Part shown: one piece after another, positions 1-11,180 of the stretch
Position numbering within the stretch: position 1 is the stretch's first letter
Layout of the letters: the number at the start of each line of letters is the position of its first letter
Source of the DNA: Oikopleura dioica
Taxonomy: Eukaryota > Animalia > Chordata
Assembly (NCBI GenBank): GCA_907165135.1
Contig: OU015568.1
Span: 8,060,001-8,124,000 of the forward strand
DNA length: 64,000 nucleotides
Direction: 5' to 3'
Program-made: the position numbers and the translations under genes
Notes under the pieces: model-generated
The model's input: the letters and a program-made list of their open reading frames with translations, nothing else
What the model was told of the DNA's origin: nothing
Database searches by the model: none

Positions 1-456
<456 letters not shown>

Positions 457-1322
457 TTTCGATTGGCGACTCCGGTTTTCCGATGCCCGATTTCTGCCGA
501 CTGACTCTAGAATTCCGCATTTAGCAGTACTTTCTCTCTCAGAGAATTTTTCAGAAAGGCAAATCTGATTTCGCAGCTCATGAAGTTGGATAAGAAGTTA
601 CTTTCGATTACATAATTTTCATACGGTTATATCTCTAGAATTTCGCTCTTCGGAAAATCTCTAAAGATTCATCAAAATGTCTCTTAATCGTGTCTCAATC
701 AAATTTCACGTAAATTTCGGTATCGGGAGGAATGCAGTGGGAGATAAGGAAAAAGGAAAGTTACGCTAGTGTTGTCTGAGAATTGAAGGATCGAGGCGGT
801 GGCCAATCAAAATCGCGAGCCGGCCAAATGAGAGGCCAATCGAGCGGGACGCTCTTGGGCGCGCGTTGTGCAATTCTCACGAATCGACGCGAAAATGAAG
901 AGATTCGCGCCCAAGGAAGACATCCAATCTACTGAAAACACGCCTCTGGCCAGATCTCATTAATTTTGCCATAGAATCTTACCCAGATTGATAGATCGAA
1001 ATATTAATTTTTCAGTATCAAATACCTAAATCTTTTAGATTTTAATATTAATTAGTAATAAATATTTATTTTAATCGGTAAAATTAATTATTATTTAGCA
1101 GAAATAGAATTTATACATTATGAATTATGCATAATTATGGTGGAATAAAGAAAACCATGGATAAAAGCGTTTTAAAGTTCTCTCTTTTTAGAAATTGATG
1201 GTACATTTCCTCTGACATTACACTTTTCCCATGTAATACTGTGTTAATCTTTCAGTCACACTTTGCACGTGGCTTTTCGAACTACAGTAACTCGACTAAA
1301 GATTACAAGTAATCTTCCTAGA
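457..1322. promoter_or_regulatory. Divergent promoter region between PRPF8 and the TMEM218 operon
   Basis: Lies between head-to-head start codons; GGCCAATC boxes at ~801-808 and ~834-841 in a GC-richer patch. Confidence 0.4.
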
Positions 1323-1838
1323 ATGATTGGCCCTGGAGTTTGGATCCTCATCGTTGCTTGGAGCCTCGCGCTCGTTGGGTTTCTCTTCTTCGTAAGAAAA
1401 ATGGCGTGATTCTGACTCTAGCGTTTCTTTTCAGAGCAGAGCAGAAAAGATGGTCTACGCGATATTTCTTCTCATGGTCGCCGTAGCCACTACGATTTTG
1501 CTTGCTGTACTGCCAGAGGAAAGCGCGAATCCGATCTCAAGAACAGTTGAAGAAGAGGAGACCAGTATCAATTCTATTTTGCAAATAGGTAATTATTTAA
1601 ATTCAAGATAGTACCCATAAAGTTCTCTATGTAAGAAAAAGTAAGAAATTAATAAATCGTCGGTCTTTGACTCAAGTTTTTAGATTTCCCCCTTTCTCAG
1701 ATGATACTCATGAGTTCAAATAAATTTTTAGTTTATATCATATTTGCTCCGACCGCACTTCTATCATCCTACGTCGCCTATTACTACACCACCGGGGTCA
1801 TTTCTCTCCGTCCGAAGCCGATCAACAAGCCCTGGTGA
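1323..1838 (+). CDS. TMEM218: TMEM218-like small ciliary transition-zone membrane protein
   Basis: Spliced MIGPGVWILIVAWSLALVGFLFFSRAEKMVYAIFLLMVAVATTILLAVLPEES...ISLRPKPINKPW*. Three hydrophobic segments; the G(P/A)GV(W/F)IL start and basic C-terminus resemble TMEM218. Confidence 0.6.
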
Positions 1839-1942
1839 ATCATTCTTCTTTGCTCAATGTACAAAACACTTGTTTTATTTTTCTACCTGTTTCAAATCTA
1901 TTCTTTTTTTAACGATTCGTGTGTAATTTTTTTATCGCAGAA

Positions 1943-4900
1943 ATGGAGGGGATCGAAATGGACGTAGACTATGAGCGAGACAGGCAGAAAGAAAAAGAGG
2001 AGTATGAAGACGAGAAGAAGCTCCTGCTGACAACGATGACTACCATTGGATTCGACGCAGATGGGAGCTATAAACTCGACCAATACGCCCTAAGTACGCC
2101 CTCTTTTTCCCAACTTCCTTATTATAGCTAATATTTTAAAAAGAGAGTATGAAATGATTTTTATTAAGATTGATAGGTATAAAAATAGTCTAGTCATCAT
2201 AGACATAGGTCGTTAAAATTAAATTTCAGACAGTATCCGAGTAATTATAAAACTCGTTATGAAGCGCGACCCTCACTGCGAAGTGCGTCAAGTAATTGGC
2301 AGCTCGAACATTTGGGAAACCGATTTGATCCCAATTTTAAAGCAGCATTCTGACAGTGAAGACCTCTTCCGATCAGTCATTCGGCTCATGTTCTTACTTT
2401 CTATGCCCACTGCTGAAGTATTCCGACAATACTACGGGAAAGAAGATTTTCCAAAAGACGCAGAGTTTCAGTATAATTACAGAAACGTGGAAGAGACTCT
2501 TTCGAAGTACAAAGAGCTCTTCGACGACGTCGACTTGTGGAAAGCTCTCAAGAGCGAGTTCCAGCGAGTTCTTTCAACTTCTTGGGAGGATCAGTCAAAA
2601 GCGGATTCTGTTTGCGTTGAGAGAATGCTCCATATTATCCGACAAATTCTCCATGTTCCGTCGAACGAAAATGATCAAAATCGAGCTCCTGGAGAGGATA
2701 CTGTCCACGATAAAGTTTGCCGAAGTCTTATAGAATCTGATCTTTCTTCTGTGCTTATCTTGATCGCTTCAAATGACGATTGCGTACAGTACAGACCCCT
2801 TGTCATGGAAATTATCGCGTATATGCTCAGAGAACAGGATCCAAAAGCTCTCGCGCAGGTGATTGTCTTCCTTGATTGCATTTTTTAAAAACGATTAGGA
2901 CAATACGAAAGCAGAAAGAGACGCAATGATGAGTGAGCTCAAAAAAGATGCAGATAAAGAAGCAATGGCCCGACGACTAGCCTCGCAAATGACAAGTTCG
3001 CGTCACTCGCGGTTCGGTGGCACATTCGCCGTCATCAACAATCAGGGAAAGAACATTGTGACAAACAAGCTCTACAAAAATGTTAATGAAGTTTCAAGAG
3101 ACAGAGTCAAGGACAGAACCAAAACGAGAACGAGAAAGTGCAAAGGAGAAGAACTGCATGTTCATAGAACTGCCTCGCGAAAGACGAGAGCGGTTATGCA
3201 GAAATTCTGTGACAGGAAAGATTTTTCAATCGTCTTTTCAAAATATATGAGTATTGAGAAATTCTTGACGTTTCAATTCGAAAATCTTCCGAAAGATTCC
3301 TAGACTACGGTTACAATTCTTGCATGGCATCAGCGCGCCATCAAATTCTCCGCGAAGGCGACACCCTTGAAGAAAACAACGAGGTCTTCTACTTCCACAA
3401 CATGACGGTGTTCATGAACTACGCAATAAACAGGCCAATCTGGAGCCTGTCGCAGAAAATCGGCTTTATTTCTGAGACGCTCTCAATCCCCGCGCTCTCT
3501 TTTATTGAGCGCTCCATGCACAAGTATGACGAGAATATACGCTGCGACAAGCAGAGACAGAATAAATGGACAACGAAACTTAATTTCGCGATTCGAGCTT
3601 TTCAGGTTTGTCTGTCAGCCCCTCCTGAGTCCTTGGGTGGCCCAGAGAATCAATACGGTAGCTTATCGAGTATTTCTAGCAAATTATGAAGACAATTTTG
3701 ACGATGCACAAGTCAAAAGATGAGAGTATGAAGCAATCGGCAAACCAGATCAAAGAACAGATCCTTTATACACCAGAATACAGAGAAATCATTCCAATGC
3801 TCATGAAACAATTCAAGTAAAATTCAAGTGGATTTTGATCGATTGCTTTTAATTTTTGATTAGGCCAAATTTCCAGACGAAAAACTATTTACGAGATCTG
3901 ATCATGGCGCAGCACTGGTTATTAAAGCTCCTCGACGGCAGTAAAGACGTCGTCGTGCGGGCTAAGAAAAAAGGATCAAATCGAAAGCGGGCAAAGAGAG
4001 CAAAGGATAAACCGCAGAAGCCAAAGCCGATTACAGACGAGGCGGAGAAAGATGGAACTTGGAATGATATCGTTGACGATATCAATCTTGCAAGAGTTGG
4101 GGATATTGACGTCGACGAGGTGATGCAATACGGATTGCTGTCAGTAGAAGATGGCTCTATGAAAGGTTAGTTTGATAGCCTTCAACTCTAGCGCTGTAGT
4201 TTCAATTTGTGATTCGTGATATGAATCATATGATTTGTTAATGCTTTGCAGAACGATTTTATATTCGAGTATGCGTTTATTGTCACAGTTTTTTAAATGT
4301 CTCAAGTTCACCCCAAGTTTTGCTTGTGCTATTGATTTCATTTTATAAGAATATCTTTTATCCTCAATCTAACATACTAACCGTAATCAAGGCTAAAGTT
4401 TTCATTTTATCGTTTCTGTAATGAAATGCGGTCTCAAAATGTATTTATATGAAAACTTACAGCTGATGTAGCAGCTGGGCTCTCCCCTATTTTGATGCGC
4501 TTACAGATGCCCTCTAACAGGCATATCAGTCAAAAACAGGCCGCCTAAAATAATAAACAACACTAGGAGAAAGGACATATTTCCTGCCTTGAGCCTTTCG
4601 AGAAATGAAGTTTGATTCTCATATATTCTCAATTAAAATATGATAATTAAGCACTTGGCGCGATTCAACTGGCGCTGCATGGGAGAGAACGCGTGAGAGA
4701 CGTTTCCTCAGCCGAGTTATCGCTTCGATTGCTACGCGCAGCGAAGCACTTGTGGCCTGAGAAGGTTGAATTCGGCGAGTTGGAGAACGAAGTTGAAACG
4801 CTAGAGATTTTATGCAAAGAAAAATTGCCCGACGAGGCGTTTCCTGAAGAACAGGAGAATCAAAGGAATGGGTTTATTTTATTTAGACTTCAAACAGATC

Positions 4901-7556
4901 ATCGTTATTTGCGACGATGTTCTTCATTTCGTGGATGTTGGCTCTAAAAGAAGATTCACAGTATGAAAAGATTAACTAAAATAACTGATGATCCTCCAGC
5001 ATATTTATAATATCTTGCTGAAATAGTCTATATATAATTGTAGTCGCTTCCTGCCCTATGTTTTAAGTATTGATAAGGAAGAAGTGCTTCGAAGCCACTC
5101 AAAAGAGATAAAAATATAATTTTGAAGTTCATTTTGCTCATTAAGATCTAGGCGAAGGCTTTTTATATAACATGGAAGTAATTGATAATTTCAGTCGTTG
5201 ACAAGTGACGGATATCAATAAGTTTGCTGTCAAAAATATCAATTTTCTGAAAAGAACTTACTTTCAAAAATGTGCTTGTTTTCTGACATGATCTTTTTCA
5301 TTCTCTCGACACTCTGTCTAAAGATTCATTTTTAATGATAAACGCTTCCAGTTTCATACCTTCTCTCTTTGATCAAGTTGAGGAGTTTCAAGTGCATTTT
5401 GTGGGTGGAAAGACCAAATGGATGATTGAACGCAGTGATCAAGCTCAAGAAAGCAAAAATGAAAATTTTGAAATGCATTTTTTTTTCTAATTTTTGTCTC
5501 TTTGAAGAGACGGTCGGCTCCTTTTATGTGATTCTAAATACGCTGATTGACCAAAATATGCGGTTACTTATCCTATTCCAACATGCGAATTTATCTTATT
5601 AATAAAATTATCCCATAAAAGTGATGGCGAAGAAATGGGCGAAGAAGCGGGCTACGACTACGAAGAAGTAACGGAGGCAATCATCGATGTTGAAGACATC
5701 ATTGAGGCGTACGCTCACCCAGATGTGCTACATAAGGCTGGCATGCTCCTCAAAGATTACAAAGTAGGGTTTTTGATATTTGCTCAGTCGGCGCGCAGCC
5801 GCATATTTGAGCGCTAATAAACTCCTCGAAATTCCCGCTTTCAAAAAATCTGTTCGTAGATGAACACCGTCGAGGTGAACCATGCAATTTGCAAACTCAT
5901 TCATCGCGTCGTCTACCAACTCCAGCGCCCGTCGATGTGCTTCCAAGCAACGCTTTTCCGCACTTTTCAAAAAATCAATGAAGAGAAAATAGAGCTCAAG
6001 ACGAATCCTGTGTATAAAGAAATTTGGACACTCGGCAAGTTCATTCTGGGGAAGTTCTTTCAAGTCATGCAAGATAACGAAAAACTGCCCATTGAGCTGC
6101 TTTTATGGACGACGCAGCGCGATTGGGAGCCGATCATGAAAGGTATCTAAAACAAATCTAGGAATTTCTTCAAAAGAAAGTATCGCGCGATCGGCGATAT
6201 TTACCTTTAGTGCTCAAATATTCATCTTTCACAGTTTTTAACAATCGTTTAGGTGACTTCGGAGACCATTATGTCAAGCGCTCTGGCATGTGGTCGGAAG
6301 AGATGGACGAAGAACTGCGAAAACTTGCCGAAGAAAATCGACTCATCAACGAAACTCTACCTCCAGATGAACAAGAAGACCTCATGAAGTACATCGAACA
6401 AAGCTTCTCAGACAGCTCCAAGACTTCCAAGCAACTTCGACTCCGCTGCGTCAAACTTGGTCTCATCCAAAGCGCTAACAAAGCCGGCCCCAGATCATCG
6501 GCTGTTTTCTGGACAGAAGATATGGCAGATAGTCTCACAATTCTTTGGCGCGAGTTTGCAGAAGCGCAAGATCCAGTTTCTAAAATTCAGGATAAACTCG
6601 ACCTCACCCGATCTGAAATAATAAATAAACTTCTTGGACTTGAACTGATCAAGGACAAAAGTGAAGTGGCCCGCAAAAAGAGCTCTCGAAAGGCAAAAGA
6701 GTCCTCTGAAGGTGATCTTAATAGGTCTTCAAATAATCGGGCGTTGCTGTACGAAAACATTCCGCAAGAAGATACTGAGGTGATTCTTCGGCGGTGCAGA
6801 TGGAACGACAAGCTAGAAAATGCGTTGAAATGGCTCCGTTCTGAGCTTCAAGACGAGATAAACGATCGTCAAGAATCCGCGCACGAAGATTGGGTAGAAC
6901 GCAGTCTTGTGCCTCAAGATCCGGCTGTGGCAGAATATCTTGAAAGAAGCCATATGAAGTCGCTACTCAAAAGTGGCTTCTTCTTGTGGCCAGACCATGA
7001 GCACATGTATTGGAGAATTGGAGTGGGTTGCTCACTCAATGATTTGGACTTTTACAACTCCTGTTTGAACGACTACGAGCCTGACGAAGCGCAATACGGA
7101 TCAGACATCGAATCAGAGCCTGAACCCGAGCCAGTTCAGGTCGCACAAGCTTTGGAATCTTCTGATGACGAGATCAATTTCTTCAAGAAAAATCTTGCTG
7201 CCACTCCGTCGCCCGATAAGAAAGAGAAACCAAAGAAACCGAAAAAGAAACGTATGAAGATCGCGCAGCGCCCTGAAACATCGGGCTCAGAAAATGAAGA
7301 CGAGAATCCAGGAAGTCAAGAGTCACCAACGAAGAACCTCAAAAACATGAGCCTCGAAGAAGAGCCAAAAGTCGATAGTCCCGCGCCAGTTAGTTCACCA
7401 GTGAAGAGAGCAACTCTAGAATCTTCCGATGAAGAGGACAATGGCCCGAAAGAACCATTTCCAGCTGCGAAGGAGTCACTCAATTCTGATTCTGACGAAG
7501 AGATGGATATCCGACCTCGAAAACGAAGGGCTATTTTGGACTCTGACTCTGATTAG
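1943..7556 (+). CDS. TIMELESS: Timeless (Tim1/Timeout, fork protection complex), multi-exon
   Basis: ORFs 2259-2888, 2926-3689, 3856-4170, 4693-4865, 5635-6150 and 6210-7556 carry Timeless motifs (DLIPIL, VIRLM, CVERMLHIIRQILHVP, SRHSRFGGTF, LLRAAKHLWPE, NHAICKLIHRV) and an acidic C-terminal tail. Confidence 0.93.
4141..4405 (-). CDS. Putative nested small secreted protein in TIMELESS intron 4167-4651
   Basis: TATA-like CATATAAAT ~40 nt upstream. ATG at 4405, MKTLALITV, then a 49-nt GT-AG intron joining the 4141-4341 ORF frame (TQAKLGVNLRHLKNCDNKRILEY...). The 3' end overlaps a TIMELESS exon by ~26 nt. Confidence 0.4.
4883..5132 (-). CDS. Nested small secreted peptide B (56 aa, acidic)
   Basis: MNFKIIFLSLLSGFEALLPYQYLKHRQDIINMLEDHQANIHEMKNIVANNDDLFEV*, built with a 37-nt GC-AG and a 42-nt GT-AG intron. 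TATATAAAA ~30 nt upstream, AATAAA right after the stop; paralogous to peptide A. Confidence 0.65.
5239..5478 (-). CDS. Nested small secreted peptide A (65 aa, basic)
   Basis: MHFKIFIFAFLSLITAFNHPFGLSTHKMHLKLLNLIKERRQSVERMKKIMSENKHIFESKFFSEN*, with one 42-nt GT-AG intron at the same aligned codon and phase as in peptide B. C-terminal end uncertain. Confidence 0.65.
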
Positions 7557-7666
7557 TTGAATTTAAAATTATCAGTTCATTTATTAGCACCGCACTGCCA
7601 TTACACGACACTCTTTTATTCCATTAGATCTTTAATAGGATATAAATTTTAAGATGCACCGATAAA

Positions 7667-9128
7667 ATGACTGAAAAGTCTCCCGTGTTTTTCGTCGTTG
7701 GCATGAGCCTCTGGTACCTAGCCACTGGAATGGAGTACGGATTCATCTTGCCGACGATCAACGACTACATCAAGTCAATCGGTGCGCCTGAAAGCACAAT
7801 CGGATTTGCCCTGACTCTGTTCGCCCTCAGTGGTCTCATCGCTTCACCTATCCTCGGCTGGTTCACCGATCGACAACAATCACTCAAAGTTTCACTAGTC
7901 TTCTCGGTTTTATGTTCTATCATTGGCTACGCTGCATATACGTTCTTCCAAACTTCTTCAATGATTCTCGCTGGTCGCTTCATCTCTGGAATCGGTTGGG
8001 GAGTTGACGGTGCCATCATCGGTCGAGTATCTCTTGCTACTGGTAAAAACAGCGGAACATTCATCGGAATCTGTCTTTTGTGTCGCCAAGTCGGGATTAT
8101 CCTCGCAGGGGTCCTCAATGCCGCTTGGATTTCGAACTGGTCTGTCTTCTCAATTTTCGGATTTGAGATCAATCAGTTCAACTCGGCTGGTTTTGTCTGT
8201 ATGATCATCTACCTCGTTTTCGGAGCTGTTTCAATTCTATCGCTGAAAGATGAACCAAGAGGCAACGAAAATGAAATTTCTGAATCTTCTGTCATGCTTG
8301 AAGAGAAGGAAATAAAAGAGTTCAAGTACAAACAGGTATTTAACATTTAATTAGTCATTGTTGAAGTCTATTTCTAGGTCGAAAAACTACCTCTTCTTTC
8401 TGAACAGCTTGTTATCTGCCTTACTGGGTCTGTAGCTGTCTATGTCTTCCAATCGATTATTGAAAGTATCGCGACTTTAATCTCGCGATACTACCTCGGC
8501 TGGACATCTTCTGAAAACTCCATCCTTTTCGCTGGTATTGGCGTTCTTGCTGTAATCGGCTATGGACTCACTGTGGTATGTACTTTTCTTTGGACGGGAC
8601 AACGTATTAAAATTTTTAAAGATCGTCCAACGATTCGTTGCTCCGCGATCTACCCTCCTTATCGGCGTTGCAGTTCAATTAGTTTGCCTTATTTGCTTTT
8701 CTTTCGTACTTCCCTTTGCACACTTTCGGTAAGAAAAATCTCTGCTTCTTATTTAACAATTTTCAGTGATTCCTGGCTAATTCCTTCACTGGGTTTTCTG
8801 ACAATCTTTTTCATAACGATGATCCCCTTCATGATCGTTTCGTCGGCGTCTATCCTCGCTGATTTCTCGGCTGAATCGAACAAATCCATGATTCAAGGGA
8901 TCAGAATCAGCTTTGAGCGTCTTGCACAACTGCTTGGGCCGCTCTGGGCTGCTAACATGCTTCACAATACTGCAATTATATTTATTTTCCCCGCCATTTT
9001 GCTACTTATGAACTTGGTAATGATCCTGATGAGCTGGAAATGGCTTGATGGAAGTAAATTCCAATTAGGTAAGACGTCAATCTTTGTATATAATGAAAAT
9101 TGTTTCAGATGCAAAACTTAACGAATAA
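7667..9128 (+). CDS. MFS transporter, MFSD8/CLN7-like, copy 1
   Basis: About 12 hydrophobic segments; MFS motif A-like GWFTDRQQ, AGRFISGIG, RLAQLLGPLW. Confidence 0.85.
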
Positions 9129-9340
9129 ACAAACGATTCTTCATGGGCTTACTTACTATTTACGACAATCTTAAAACAGTGTTCGACCAGGTTAAAAAAA
9201 TATTACATTTGTGCCTCGCTCCTGATCCTGAGAAGTCTCTAACATTGTGCTATCGAAACTTTGAATAATTCTGTGTTAATTCCAATATATTTTGCCTCAT
9301 TTCTCTTCTGATATTTCGAAACTTTCAGAAGACGATTTCG

Positions 9341-11180
9341 ATGAATGAGGACTCTTCCATACGGCTATTCTTGATAGGCATGAACCTATGGTACTTGATG
9401 TCCGGAGTAGAATACGGACTGATTTTACCGACTCAAAATGAATACTTGTTAACACTTGGGGCACCCCACGCCGCTGTGGGGTACGCCTTCATGCTTTTTG
9501 CTTTCGCTGGGCTGGCTTCTTCTCCATTTTGTGGGTAAGTTCAGTTTTAATCTAACATTTGCGGTTACGTATTCTTAGCTGGGCTACTGACAAATTGAAG
9601 GCGATAAAACTACCGCTGCTGGTCATGGTATCCTGCAGCATCGCTGGATCGTGTATCTATACCTTCTCCCGATCGATCGCTGGTATTTTTCTCGGTCGGC
9701 TTGTTCAAGGTCTTGGCTGGGGCATTGATGGAGCCATTATTGGCAGGGTGGCCCTAATTACTGAAAAATGTATGTATGCGCGTACACTTGGACTGTAGCA
9801 TAGTGACAGTGAGTTCATCATCTATTCAGCTGGCAATGGGTCGATGATGATTGGGCTTTGCTTGCTAATGAGGCAGGCTGGAATTATTGTCGGAACATTG
9901 ATTGGATCTGCTTTTGTAAATTCGTGGAAATTCGTGTTTTTGGGGATGTTTGAGATCGACAATCTGAATTCCGCTGGTCTTGCCGTTGCTCTTTTGTGGT
10001 CTTTTTGCCTTGGTAAACAGAATTAGCCTCGCTTTTAATTGAACATCTGACTTCCCATAGATTTCTTTCCACATGAGTTGACAAATGTTCATGCTCTTGT
10101 TTTAGTGTTCAGCTTCATCGCAACTGTGGCCGAACCGCAGGTGCGCTCAGACAGCGACCAAGTGACTTCCCAGGAGTCATTAAACTTAACGAATGGAAAG
10201 CTCGACTCAGAAGAGCAGCCGCTGCAGAAGAAAGAGCCCCGTGTGGACTCTGTGGAGGTCAATCAATCATGCAAGTTTATCCAGGTAGATTTGGCAAATG
10301 TTTTTAATTTTCCTGGTTCTGTAAAGGTGAAAAAACTGCCGCTAATGACGGAACAAATTGCTGTTTGTACGACGTGTTCATTCTCTGCTTACATTCTTCA
10401 ATCAACCTTGGAGTCGATTGTCACTCTTCTTACCAAGTCGCTGTTTGGCTGGGAAAACGAGGAGAACCTGAAACTCTTTACCATGATTGGAATCACTGCC
10501 GTTATTGGTTATGTTATTGTTATGGTAAAATTTATCGCTCTCTTCGTTGATTTCAGCAATACTTTAGGTTGCTGGAAGGTTTGTAACTTTGCGAGTGACG
10601 TTGTTGGTTGGTGTTGCTCTTGAAGGTTGTCTTTTGCTCGTAATGGGAACGATATTGCCAATGGCGCATTTCAGGTACCGTTTTTTCTAATCTAAAAATG
10701 AATTCACATTTGTTAAGGGAAACATGGATTACGTACTCGTTTATTGGAATCACAGCCTCGTTTATCATTCTTCTTCCTTTTGTGTTTGTTTCTTCTGCCA
10801 CGCTCATGTCTGAATTTACCGATCAGAGCCAAAAATCGACCATTCAAGGTAAGAAATTGCCGTCAATTCAGTGTTGAATATTTTCAGGACTACGAGTTAC
10901 CGCCGAAAGATTGGCCCAAATTTGCGGCCCAGTTTGGGGAACTGGCACTTTTCCTCAGTATATGTTGTGTAAGTATTATATGTTCAGTACAAGCATGAAA
11001 AATAATTATTGAATAGTGTTCACCTATCCAGCTGTTTTCCTGTTTATTTCCAGCTTTTTGATATTCCTGAGTTGGGAGTGGTTAGAGCCGACGAAGTTCA
11101 AAAATGGTAAATGACTTTGAATATTTTCGACTTTCATACGAATTTAAGTTCCCGATAAAATGCTGGAAGAAGAAAAATAA
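9341..11180 (+). CDS. MFS transporter, MFSD8/CLN7-like, tandem copy 2
   Basis: Paralog of copy 1: GMNLWYLMSGVEYGLILPT, GRLVQGLGWGIDGAIIGRV, LNSAG, PLMTEQ..., LQSTLESIVTL. Confidence 0.8.

Larger units (their letters stand above)
1323..11180 (+). other. Putative trans-spliced operon TMEM218-TIMELESS-MFS1-MFS2
   Basis: Co-oriented genes with stop-to-ATG gaps of ~104, ~110 and ~212 nt. Each downstream ATG is preceded by an unpaired acceptor-like AG (1940, 7653, 9328). Confidence 0.6.
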
